A DNA stretch of 38,165 nt from Octopus sinensis. Taxonomy: Eukaryota. The notes under the pieces were generated by a model. It did not search any database. It had not been told where the DNA came from and saw only the letters and a program-made list of their open reading frames with translations. Below are positions 22,797 through 34,949 of this stretch, piece by piece. The stretch is from the NCBI RefSeq assembly GCF_006345805.1, contig NW_021835827.1, forward strand, positions 1 through 38,165, written 5' to 3'. Position 1 is the stretch's first letter, and the number at the start of each line of letters is the position of its first letter. Made by a program: the position numbers and the translations under genes.

Positions 22797-22860
<64 letters not shown>

Positions 22861-23289
22861 GTTTCAAATTTGGGCAGAAAGCCAGTAGTTATTAGGAGAG
22901 GTGGAAGTCGATTACATTGACTCCAGTGTTCAACTGAAAGCGGAGGTGCAAGCATTCCAAAAAATTCCTAGTTCTTATCCCCCAAGAGAATAATACCTAA
23001 ACCCGAGCAATTTAACTGGTCTGTCCATCCGATGCCCTTCAACGCTGTTGGATGGCGTGGATCTTATACTTGAAAAAGAAATATCATAAAAAGGATCCAA
23101 CACGTTTAAGCTTATAGTGACAATTATTTGTGCAGTCTCGGCCTGAAAATGTTTGAAGCCATTCATCTGAGAACAATCAAAGCAAAACGGTGAGAGTCTA
23201 CAAACACTGCAGAGTTTAATGGAATCTTCTTTCGCCTATATGTTTTGGGATACCCATGGAAATGTGCATACAATATGGCGTGAATACGT

Positions 23290-23533
23290 AGACATAGCTG
23301 TATAGGGAAGAAGCTCGTTTTACAATCCTGTCGTTTCAAGTTCAGTCACACTACGCAACACCTTGGGCAAGTTTCTTCTACTCTGACCCTGGGCCAACCA
23401 ATACCTTGTGAGGGAATTTGATAGATTCGGAAATTATATGGATTCCCATGTACATACATACATACATACACATGCAGACACATATGCACACTCATATGTA
23501 TATATTCGTCTATGTGTGTCTGTGTTTGTCTCT

Positions 23534-23571
<38 letters not shown>

Positions 23572-23730
23572 ACTTGACAAGTGGTGTTGGTTTGTTTTTG
23601 TCCTCATAACTTAGCGGTTCACGTAAGAGAGAGACCAACAGAGTTAGTAGAAGACTTTAAAAAAACATGAGCCCTGGGGTTGATTTCTTCCATTAAAACC
23701 CTTTAAGGCGGTGCCCCATCATGGCCGCAA
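23290..23730 (+). mobile_element. SINE family A, diverged
   Basis: CACCTTGGGCAAGTTTCTTCTACT, internal (CATA)/(CA)n, ACTTAGCGGTTC, ATGGCCGCA. Confidence 0.82.
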
Positions 23731-24191
23731 TACACAGTAATGGATGGCTGTTGATTCGTTTGAGTTCATACACCCTTTGACGGGTTTTGTTTTTCATCCC
23801 AAGGGGTGTCCTTGCTGTTCTGTAGTTCATGATACATGATGGAGACGCTGTGTTTCATTCATAGAGAGTCTCTTCTCAGCAGGTGACATGCTATCATTTC
23901 CTGTCGTCTGCCGTTTATGAAATCTGATGATGGTGTCTTTCTGTTGAATGGCAACAGAAGCAGGATTTTGTTGACAGATTTGGAGAAATTGAATAAGCAT
24001 AAATGGTGTACATATCGGTGGAATGTTGTCAAAGTTACTTGATATGCATATTATATGCGTGTGTGTATATATGTACATATATGTATATGAATAGGACACT
24101 GAGACCAGCGATGCATAACAACATCCGATAGTCTGGCGGACACAGTGATATAGTAATACACACACAGAGACACACACACACATATATATCG

Positions 24192-24251
<60 letters not shown>

Positions 24252-24867
24252 GCACACACACATATGTAACTGTTTTACAAAGAATTCTTGATGCAGTCAC
24301 AATATTTGAAGAAGGGCTTTCTTAAATTAAAAATCATTAACTATATGAAAAAACAGAGTTTAAGAGATCAGAATTACACGAACGTTTATACGTAAATGTT
24401 TATTTGTAAACATGTGAACGCGAAGATTGTGTTGCAAACAGAGGGGCTGCAAAAGTAGGTATACAGTTGCTTAATATGAGTGGAATGTTCTTTAAAATTT
24501 CTTGTCCTAAAAAAGAAATAGAGAAATGAAAAGAATATTCGACAGCGGGTTGGAGGGACCAAATTTGCACCTTCGAATGCTAACTTGGTTATGGGGCCTT
24601 TACAAAACAACAAAGGGGGCGAGTATAGAAAACTTTTGGCAAAAATTGCGAGAAATATGTCGTTGAAAAGTAGAAATGCTTCCGCTTCTTTTTTTTTTTT
24701 TGGTAAGAAATCAAATGATGATCTACAAATGATATTCAATAACGTTCTGATTACCCTTCACTCATCTACCACATTTTGTCCTTTCTATCTTACTGTCTTT
24801 CTTTCTTTCTTTTTTTCCCTATAGTCAAGCCCTCAAAAATTCCACACACACACACACACATATATAC

Positions 24868-24901
<34 letters not shown>

Positions 24902-24905
<4 letters not shown>

Positions 24906-25074
24906 CGCAGGAGTGACTGTGTGATAAGTAGCTTGCTAACCAACCACATGGTTCCGGATTCAGTCCCACTGCGTGGCATCTTGGGCAAGTGTCTTCTGCT
25001 ATAGCCCCGGGCCGACTAATGCCTTGTGAGTGGATTTGGTAGACGGAAACTGAAAGAAGCCTGTCGTATATATG

Positions 25075-25109
<35 letters not shown>

Positions 25110-25320
25110 ATGTGTGTGTGTGTTTGTCCCCCTAGCATTGCTTGACAACCGATGCTGGTGTGTTTACGTCCCCGTCACTTAGCGGTTCAGCAAAAGAGAC
25201 CGATAGAATAAGTACTGGGCTTACAAAGAATAAGTCCCGGGGTCGATTTGCTCGACTAAAGGCAGTGCTCCAGCATGGCCGCAGTCAAATGACTGAAACA
25301 AGTAAAAGAGTAAGAGTAAA
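24902..25320 (+). mobile_element. SINE family A, full length, best-preserved copy
   Basis: tRNA-like head (A-box-like TGACTGTGTGA, B-box-like GATTCAGTCCC), CATCTTGGGCAAGTGTCTT core, internal (TA)n(TG)n, tail ending GTAAAAGAGTAAGAGTAAA. Confidence 0.92.
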
Positions 25321-26200
25321 CAAAAGAACATTCTCTTCCCCATTCAACTCCATATTTATTTCAACTAACACACACATATTAAAGGCATAAATTTTCTGTA
25401 AAATTGGTTCTGATAATTCTTCGAGATGAGGTGAAAGCAGTAAATAAATAATTATCCAAATTCTGCCCATCTCCTTTTTCTCTTTTATACTTATAAAATC
25501 TCTACACCATTTCAAACAATCTACGCGCGCGCGCACGTTTTTGAAGTTGCGGGTGTAGATATGAAAAACTGTATAAAGAAAATTGAGGAAAATATATAGA
25601 AAATTACATAGAAAAATGTGTGCGTATTTGTGTGTGTGCGTGTGTGTGTGTGTGTAAGATGTTATGCATGATGTATGAAATACGGTGATTAATAAAATAC
25701 AGCACAAAATGTCTATAAAAATAATTATTGTTTGTGAAGAGATGAGAAAAAATTCGGAAAGATAAAAGGATGAAGAAGAAGATAAAGAAAAAGAGGAAAA
25801 GAAAAAGAAACTCGGGGAAGAGGAAGAAACGGGTGAGAGCGAAGGTTAAGACTGTGTGTCGTTAACACATTATGTATCGCTGTTTGTAATTAGAAGAGGA
25901 GAAGTAGGTTCTTCCTCTTGTCCCGTGCCTCTCCTATCGCAGGAGATAGAAGAAGGGGGGATATTGTTACAAGAGGATGTATTGGAAATAAAAAGAAGAC
26001 GAACAAATCATGCAGAAGTCTTTGGAAGTCTTTGTTTTGTTTTTGCTAATGTACAAAAGATATACGGGAAACATATTTTATTCTTTCATTATCATTTAAA
26101 CCATTTCCAAGAGAATGTTCATGCTGGAAGTGACATAGCATGATAGAATGCACATACAAACACATGCACAAACACATACATACATACATACATACATACA

Positions 26201-26236
<36 letters not shown>

Positions 26237-26240
26237 TATA

Positions 26241-26453
26241 TGATCGCCATGTTGATTCGCTAGCTTCTGCACGCATTTTTTTTCTCTCCTTGTTTCTCTC
26301 CGTGTTTCTTTTCTGTGTATCTTTCTGTTGAAGAGCGTAGGCTCGAAACGTAAAAGACTTGTTTTATTTATATTCCTGAGCGCCATACTAATACAATTGT
26401 TTGTTTGTACTCCACCTGCCTTCGTCTTCTGTTTATTTTCATAAAGCTTCCCG

Positions 26454-26454
<1 letters not shown>
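26241..26454 (+). mobile_element. Short hammerhead-bearing element (family H), 3' end at (TA)n
   Basis: GATTCGCTAGC start, pyrimidine tract, HHR, CCACCTGCCTTCGTCTT, then (TA)n at 26455-26543. Confidence 0.88.
26320..26357 (+). ncRNA. Minimal type I hammerhead ribozyme, A6U core variant
   Basis: TCTTT-CTGTTGA-A-GAGC-GTAG-GCTC-GAAAC-GTA-AAAGA, with perfect stems I and II. Confidence 0.78.
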
Positions 26455-26543
<89 letters not shown>

Positions 26544-26733
26544 GGGAGAATTCGCGAAAAAAACAAAAGACGAAGACAGGTGGTGTAGACAGCAAACAGA
26601 TGTATTAGTTTAACGCTCGGGAAGTGAAAAAGTCTTTAACGTTTCGAGCCTACACTCTTCCTCAGAAAGGAACACAGGAAGAAACAAGGAGAGAAAATAA
26701 AGAATGTGTAGTGGCTAGCGAATCGATCACCAC
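26544..26733 (-). mobile_element. Short hammerhead-bearing element (family H), 3' end at the same (TA)n
   Basis: Reverse complement collinear with 26241-26454 but clearly diverged from it. Confidence 0.88.
26634..26669 (-). ncRNA. Minimal type I hammerhead ribozyme, canonical core
   Basis: CTTT-CTGAGGA-A-GAGT-GTAG-GCTC-GAAAC-GTT-AAAG. Confidence 0.85.
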
Positions 26734-27129
26734 TTTTGGCCCAAATCATGCAAAATTCTAGGCGGGTTCATAACGTCCATTCAAGTTTTTACCAAACTTG
26801 GTTTGCTGACTAAATGCAATGCAGAAATGGTATATCTGTAATTGCAGCTTTCTAGTTGCAGTAGTTTCGAAGTTATGGGCTTTTAAAACTATAATCACTA
26901 GATTCACACTTCAGTATTTCCGCTGCCGAAATCCTTGTAAACACAACAGAGATGCGGAATAAAAGTACATTTTAAAGATTACTGAATTGAAATTGCTCAA
27001 TGCAAAGGTTCAAAACTAGGCTATTTTAAGATAGAGGCCACGAGTGTTTTGCCATTTTCGGCCACCGTCAGCCATAATATACCAAGAAAAACCAAGAACT
27101 GCCTCTGCCTGAAGCTACTATTTATATAT

Positions 27130-27321
27130 TTCTTTACTACCCACAAGGGGCTAAACATAGGGGGGACAAACAAGGACAGACAAATGGATTAAGTCGATTA
27201 CATCGACCCCAGTGCGTAACTGGTACTTAATTTATCGACTCCGAAAGGATGAAAGGCAAAGTCGACCTCGGCGGAATTTGAACCCAGAACGTAACGGCAG
27301 ACGAAATACGGCTACGCATTT
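27130..27321 (-). mobile_element. SINE family B, well preserved, head truncated
   Basis: GAAAGGATGAAAGGCAAAGTCGACCTCGGCGGAATTTGAACCCAGAACGTAAC. The first ~30 nt of the head are missing. Confidence 0.9.
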
Positions 27322-27849
27322 ATACTATTTATAGTAGGTCGAACGACCACGTAGAAGGTCATTCGTTGACACATCATATCCCAATAATGCCTTCTACACT
27401 GTACAGAACTACACAACTCTCCTGTATACTTCAATATAAATTCTGCAGAGAGAGCATGTTATTGGTGAGGTCACGAATGGCGACGAAAGGACTGATCGAA
27501 GATTAATCAAGCCATCGATCAGTTAATTGAGCAATAATAATGATAAAGTTAAATAGAACCAGCGCGCGTGTGTGTATTCATTATTGGCATAATGTTTAAA
27601 TAAACCTTAAGGGTCTACTTGGATGCCGTCTGAATCAATGACGAAGAGTTGGGGGTCATGTTCTTCTCGTTTTCTGACATTCCATACCAAATCGACTCCA
27701 ACTCCACTTTCGTCTTCATCGCCACCATTTTCCTTATGACCAGCTTCCCCCACACGTCTCCGCCATTCCATCAACATCATCCTTTTCTTCAATATCTTTT
27801 ATTTCTGCTCCATTGCACTGTGTCACCACCATTACCCATGATACCCGAT

Positions 27850-28400
27850 TTCTATCAAATCTGTTGTCCATCATCTTACCGCAATCCCCAGATCCCCGCA
27901 TCATTAACCGTAAGTAACCTACTTACCCCTATCACGCACCCCACAACCACCCCCCCACAGCTCACAACCACCCCGACCGTCGCCACCACCACCACCACAG
28001 GAGTGACATTACCCAAGACTAACACACTACCACCACCCGACATCAGCACCGCGGGTATTCACCCATGCTTTCCAACAACAACATTAACATACGACCCTCC
28101 CATGCCACCACCACCACCACCACCATCACCTCTACTACTACTCCTACAACTACCACTCTATCCGCCGCACCTTCACAAGCACTCTCCTTTCATAATTCGA
28201 CACGAACACTGCCACCCGATACCCCAATCAACCTCACCACCCCACCCTATGCGCGACATCCACCCCAATCCCCCATCACCCCACCACTACCGCGCCCTCA
28301 ATTTCGTCACTGATTCAGTTTCCTGATCTTTTCTTTGTCCTCTTTTTTTTTCTCCGCCACCAACATCACCGCAACCCCCACCACCATCATCACCAACGCC
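27850..28400 (+). repeat. Degenerate (CCA/ACC)-rich low-complexity tract
   Basis: Direct reading. Accounts for the Pro/Thr-rich ORF 27649..28326. Confidence 0.8.
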
Positions 28401-28939
28401 TTCACTAATAACCGCTAAGAAACATGTATGTGGTCAATCAATCCGCTAGAAATAACAGCCAATTGCCCTCAAATCATACCCAATTGTTTTAGGAAAGGAT
28501 ATATTAAATGGTGTGAGCTTGAGCACCTCCTTGCACAAAGAAAGTAAGACGAGATAGTCACGGGTGGAATGTTTTTAATCATAGATATTTGCACAATCAG
28601 ATCTGGCAGAGCATTTGCGTGTCTCGAGAAAATGCTTAGCAGTATTCCTTCCGGGTCCTTACTTTCAAAGTTCAAATTGTGCCGAGGGGTCACCGTAATC
28701 GCCTTCTCCTTTCCCTCCGAAATGCTGACCTTTTGCTAAATTTTGAAATCGTCATCTGAATGGACGGATAGATTAAGGGAGCTGGAAAACAGAAACCTTG
28801 CAACATTTATTTCTTCCAGTTTTGGTTTTTTACTGTTTTACTTTCTGGATTCAAATGCCGCTTACAGTCAACTTTGCCCTTGTATCTTTACGAGATCAAT
28901 GAGGTAAAGTACCAATCAAGTGCTGGGATTGATGTTTGC

Positions 28940-29460
28940 ATACATGAGGCTGATAACATCATAAGACTTGGAAGGCAGCTCCTTGAGCAACACTCTTTGT
29001 CTGATAACCTAGAGTACATGCCCAAAGTAGTCGCATGACTCTACTGCAACGTATCATCAGATGAAAGGATGAGCCTATAAGAGTAGAAGACTATGCGTGG
29101 ATATGTTAGTAGAAAGCTCTGAGATGATAGTAACATCGATCATCAAAGCAGTTTATCGTGGACGAATAGCAGTATTACTACCTCCCATATTGAAGGATAT
29201 GTGTTTGCAATCCAGGAACAGGAAATATCAACCAAGTACCTGATGCACAAAAAAGGTAGAGTTGCAGAAAAAGCAGTAAAATCTGACAACCGATGCAGAC
29301 TTTGTGGAGTTCACACTGAAGATATCACGCACATGGTAAGCAGTTGTCCGAAAATGTCATCACGGTATTATCTACCGATGAGACACGATGTTGTAGCTAG
29401 GACACTCTATAATGAAATCCATCGGGAGGATAATCCCGAGGACAAAGAAATAAAAATCCA
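28940..29460 (+). mobile_element. R4/Dong-clade non-LTR retrotransposon fragment (post-RT region and CCHC zinc knuckle)
   Basis: One frame with 4 stops: KTMRGY..., SLSW...IEGYVFAIQEQEISTKY..., CRLCGVHTEDITHMVSSCPKM...RHDVVA. The restriction-like endonuclease is absent. Confidence 0.9.
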
Positions 29461-30464
29461 CAAGCCTCTCGAATTGCTAAAAATAAAAAGTACAAAGCAT
29501 GAAAATCTTGAAATCACACAGCCATTTTAACTGTTTCGTAGCCATTGGAGCTGTTTTGCCAGACGATACTTTAGCAGACGATACTTTAGCCTTTCTTCAA
29601 TGACTTTTATTATGAAAAGTCTATTCATTCTTTTCTACCATCTTTGTCAATTTTTTATTCTTTAAAGCCTCTTCAACCTCGCTTCATTAACATTCTTTCA
29701 TTTACATCCATTTCTTATGTATGTATGTATGTATGTATGTATGTATGTATGTATGTATGTATGTATGTATGTATGTATGTATGTATGTATGCATTGTGTG
29801 TGTGTGTGTGTGTATTTATGTATGTGTGTATGTATGTATGTATTCTTAACATTCTTTCTTTCTTCAGATCCCCCCCCCCACTGCCGCTTTGCCTGTGTTT
29901 CTTCGTCTTTTGCCTTCATTTATTCCTTTTCGTATCCCTCCACTTTCTTTTGTCCTTCTTTATAATCTTCATTTCTTCGCACCATCACCACCCACACTTT
30001 TCCTTCTCATTCATTCTCTTGCTTTATGCCTCCCCTTCTTTGTAGAGTGTTACATTCTTTCATAACATTTTATAACGCTTATTGCTAGTTTATATTTTTT
30101 TATCATAATATGTATTGGGATGTCAGATAAATTCATTTTTTTTCTTTTCCATTTATTTTAATCCTTTCCAATGTAATTTAAATTAACACGAAAAATATTT
30201 TTATCGTGGTGGTTTCTTTTTTAGGTTGGTGTTGCAGCTTTGTTCTGCCTTTGCAACTTTTGTTTATCGTTTTTGAAATTTGAATAAATTTATATTTTCA
30301 TACACATGCCGATGGAGTGCCAAGTTGGAATGGAACGATTTTATCTGACAAATGAATATCTCTGGAGAACCGAGTACAATAACCAGACCGTAAATGTGCA
30401 TGAGAGGAGATCGCATCTCCGTGGTCGCTCAAATCACTTTCTGAAAACCGGGAGTGTGTCAAGG

Positions 30465-30821
30465 CAACACCCAAATTCATTTGCCTCAGGTTATGTAGTG
30501 CTGACGATTTTAAATAAGGATGAAATGGTGCTGTATATGACTCCAACAACATGGCGATATGTGGCCTTTGTAATATGTAAGAAAAAGTAAATATTTAATG
30601 TGTACAAATTAAAATATTTAATCTGTACACTGTCTTCTTTGCTCTTTGATTTAAAATTCAAACTTCCAATCCCACTTAAAATTAATCCAGCAGGGGTTGT
30701 CTCCTCTACCATAGCTAACCACCATATATCGCCATGTTGTTGGAGTCATATACAGCACCATTTCATCCTTATTTAAAATCGTCAGCATTACATAACCTGA
30801 GGCAAATGAATTTGGGTGTTG
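30465..30821. repeat. Near-perfect 100-bp inverted repeat with a 157-bp spacer
   Basis: 30465-30564 vs reverse complement of 30722-30821 match at 98/100 by manual comparison. Confidence 0.95.
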
Positions 30822-31284
30822 TCTTCACACCCTTGGAAATCTTTTGACCAGGAGTCAACTTGACCAGAACTGATTTGAGAATCGTAAAACCAGAGACTCG
30901 TAAGGTTTTGATTCTTAATAATGATTTCCTACATAAATTGGAAATCAAGGCAGTAAGCTTTGAGTGAGGCCATGAATCGGTTTTGTCGAGCCACGAATGA
31001 TAAAAGGCAAAGTCAACTTTGGAGGAATTTGTCACTCCTCATCTTGTAAAAGTATCATAGATCGACAAAAGTATTGAGTAACTTTTCAGTTTAAAATTAA
31101 GTTATTTTTATTACAAGTCGATTTAAATGCATACATTAATATATAAATGTGTGGGCGGGTGTGTATTTATGTATTTAAAGCTAGTATTGGTTAATGAAAC
31201 GCGTGTAAAGATTATATAATTTATCATGTTAAAAGTTTTTAAAATCTTTAACAGAATCTCCAGTTTAATTCTGATCATGTGCGT

Positions 31285-31308
31285 AGATAGATAGATAGAT
31301 AGATTGAT

Positions 31309-31368
<60 letters not shown>

Positions 31369-31443
31369 CAGAGAGACAGAGAGAGAGAAAGAGAGAGACA
31401 GAGAGAGAGAGAAAGAGAAAGAGAGAGATAGAGATAGAGAGAT

Positions 31444-31512
<69 letters not shown>

Positions 31513-31531
31513 GAGAGAGATAGATAGATAG

Positions 31532-31608
<77 letters not shown>
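31285..31608 (+). repeat. Compound (GATA)n/(GA)n/(GACA)n microsatellite
   Basis: Direct reading. Confidence 0.97.
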
Positions 31609-31609
<1 letters not shown>

Positions 31610-32204
31610 GGTTGTCATAAATCCAAGCTGTATACTCTCGAAGCACGTCTCCTTATTCCAGAGCTCCAAAATTCTATGTAGATTTTATATTTGTGCGTGA
31701 GGCATGCATCGTCATCACCATCATAGTCATCACTGCCCTCGTCGTCGCTTTCATCGCTGTTGTCGTCATCATTATCATCGTCATCATTACCAACAACATG
31801 AAGGAAAAACATGTAAGACATATTGTTCCTACATGTACTATTTTGTAACTCCTATTAGCAAACAAAACACGTGTAATGGTGAATAATGCCATATATTTTT
31901 TCCAATCTCCTGTTCTGATGTGTGTGTATGTGGGAGAAAGAGGGAGAGAGAGAGAGAGTTATAGTATATGTAGGCAGGCAACAAATGCGCACATGCAGAC
32001 TCGTGTACCATTTCTAGCTTCTTCCCAAATTACGTAAAACCGCACAATGAAGAATCTCTGAATGAGTCCGTCATATCTTTGTAGTCTCTGAACAATTCTA
32101 TCTTAATCATGGTTGTCTAACTTTGGCACCAAACCACAGCTTTTTGTAAGGAAGAGTGCAGACGTCTACATATCTGTGGCTTTCTTCCAATCTTAAGAAC
32201 TCCT

Positions 32205-32429
32205 CAATGCTGCTGCTGCTGTTGTTGTTGTTGTTATTCATCAACTCAATCGCCTTTGTTGTCATCATTGTTGTTGTTGATGATGATGAGGAGGAGGAGG
32301 ATAACGACGACTACGACGATGATGATACTGATGATGATGATTCTGCTGCTACTGTTGCTACTGCTGTTGCTGTTGTTGTTGTTGATGATGATGTTGATGA
32401 TTACGACGACGGTGACAATGACGAGATGT

Positions 32430-32476
<47 letters not shown>

Positions 32477-32560
32477 TGTTGTTGTTTCTAATGTTTTATT
32501 GTTCCAAGAATTGAACTACCATCGTTGTTCTTGCTGTTGTGATTGTTGTTCTTCTTCCAG
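32205..32560 (+). repeat. Mosaic of trinucleotide repeats (GCT/GTT/GAT/GAG/GAC/AGT)
   Basis: Direct reading. All units stay in one 3-nt register. Confidence 0.9.
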
Positions 32561-33804
32561 TTTTCAGTTAGGGGTGGGGGTGGGGGAGAAACTTGTTTAT
32601 GAAGTTTTGATTGTTGTTGCTTTTTAATTTACATTCTTTGTTTTTCTTTTTTCTGGATTTCGGTTTTTTTTTCCCCCTATTTTTTTGTATTTTTTTTTTT
32701 TTTTCATTTTCGCTCCTTCGATTGCCTTCCACTCTGGATTTTTCTCCCGTCTTAAATTCCACGGCGCCAAACACTCCAAATATCATTCGCCAATCCTCTT
32801 CCTCCTCCATTCACAACCTTTAGTCTCTTCTCTGAATGAACTGAAAACAGTGACGAGAAATAATGAGAAATGGGGGTGAGATGTAAAGGAACGGAGGTGG
32901 GCCGGAGAAGAGGGTTGGAGAAGGGCTGCCCTCATCACGAATGCCTAATCTGTTTGTATTAGAGTGGAAGAAGGTGATGTGGGAGCAGGGCGTGGGCATT
33001 CATTCCACTCTTCCATTCTGCCATTCCAGCTAAAAGGACACACATTCCGTTATTCATTTGTACCTGTTTTTTCAAAAAGGTTAGAAATAGCAGAGACTAG
33101 GCCAAGTAGAAAGAGACCGACTTTTAAAGCAATGTGCACATACTCACACACACACACACACACACACACACCACACACACACACACACACATGCACACGC
33201 ATATGTATACACAGAGACACATATAGAGATATGCACATAGGCACACATATACATACACAGACATATACTTACACATACATAGACACACATATACACTCAC
33301 ATGTACACATATACACAGGCATACTGACGTACGTATGCATATACGTACGCATATGTGTACGTGCATGCATATTAGTAGAAGCCTACATTTACAAACACAC
33401 ACACACACACACACACACTGAAAGAATGGCAATAAAATTAGAAGTAGACAACAAGAAGAACAACAGCAACACAAACAACACCATCTTTGCCCAGATGCTG
33501 ATTGCTGCCTTTGTTCAGAATGTCTGTCTGACACTTTAATAAATGACTCCTAGTTCTTCCCTCCCGAAAATGGAAATGGAATCCCAGATTTATTTCAGTC
33601 AACAGACACAAACTGCTACGCAAGCCAACCAAATCAAGACAACCCCAACCAACAAACGGTTAGAAAGCCTCCTCGCTACGAAACAACAACTTTTACTTCT
33701 TTAATGGTCTGCTTTTCTTTTTTGCTGCTGTTGATTTTTGCTTTTTTCGCATTTGCCCGAGTAAGTCCCCGCGGATATCACTGTGTCGAGTCCTAGGACT
33801 CATA

Positions 33805-34035
33805 AGGCGGTCACCCGGGTTTCTATGGTGGGTAAGTGGTCGATATCAGAACATTGCCCTCGTACGGGACCCCAGTCCGTTGCAGGGAGGCGCATTTACA
33901 GTTGACTGGACTGAAGCAACATGAAGCGAAGTAGGGGTGGGGTGTCAAGAAAAGCGATGCACCGCCTGGTCCAGGAATCGAAACTGCGATCTTGCAATCG
34001 TGAATGCAGCACCATAACCAGTAAGCCAAGCGCCG
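33805..34035 (-). mobile_element. SINE family C-related copy
   Basis: CCAGGAATCGAAAC B box, GACTGGACTGAAGCAAC, GGGACCCCAGTCC; collinear with 20362-20605. Confidence 0.7.
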
Positions 34036-34041
34036 TCACAT

Positions 34042-34420
34042 TTGACCGTGACAACTGTATATTATACCACCAACTAAAGACAATCAAATACAAAGGACTT
34101 GGTTGACGAGGTCCTTGAAAAGGAATGGCATACCGCCTCCTTCCCTACTGAAGTCGACTGCTGTTGCATTTCAACTTGACCCGGTGCGCTGTTTCCTGCA
34201 GAGGATTGTTCTGGAAGCCAGGCAAGTGAAGAAGGCCACCAAGGAGATAGGTATGGCAGCTGAGACTAGCTGAAGGAGACTGTGATTGACAAGAGACCTC
34301 AGATGGAACCCTTCCACAGCCGAGTGCTAATTCACTCCTTGCTGCCTCAATGAAGGGAAGCGTGGAGGGTGAAAGCTGAAACACTTATGGCCCTGTTGAC
34401 CATACGGAAGGGTTTCCAAC
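34042..34420 (+). mobile_element. HERO-like (RLE-type) non-LTR retrotransposon 3' end
   Basis: Frameshifted LTV, HQLKTIKY, LVDEVLEKEWHTASFPTEVDC and VRCFLQRIVLEARQVKKATKEIGMAAETS*RRL*LTRDLRW resemble ELTVPWE..AHERK..KY..L..E....GW....PVEVGCRGF...AAE.SS.WLWLKR...W. Stop at 34328-34330. Confidence 0.75.
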
Positions 34421-34872
34421 TTTGCGATGAATTCAGAAGAGCTTGCCAAAACTGAGAACTGTTGCAGTTTCTGCACAAAGCAACGCATCTCTTTTGTTTA
34501 TTTCACCTCCATCATCAGAATATCTCCAATCTCCATATCACCTGATTTCCGTCAATAGTGAACAAAAATTAGACACATCGTGACACACAGAAAACTATTT
34601 AAAAGCCCTCAACTGTTCAATGATCCACAAATAAATCAAATTGAGAAAATTTATGGAAAAAAATCCGAGATTCACAAATGACAAGTGAGTGGGAAACTTG
34701 TTGCCGAACGCTGAATGTCATCCAAAAGCGTAAAAAAATCCTTTCATGGCCCACTGCATTTCAAGATTTCATTTGTTATCCAGTTCTAACAACAGTGTGC
34801 GTGTGTGTGTGTTTATAATTGGCACAATGACCCTCCCAAGATACGTTTGTGTGTGTGTGTATGTATGTATGT

Positions 34873-34923
<51 letters not shown>

Positions 34924-34949
34924 TGTGTGTGTGTGTGGTGCGTATAGAT

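Noticed and set aside
23830-24000. Possible mariner TGDEKW region on the minus strand
   Set aside because: It requires several frameshifts and no motif is intact.
27649-28326. 225-aa Pro/Thr-rich ORF, the longest in the window
   Set aside because: It arises from a degenerate CCA/ACC tract, with no domain signature.
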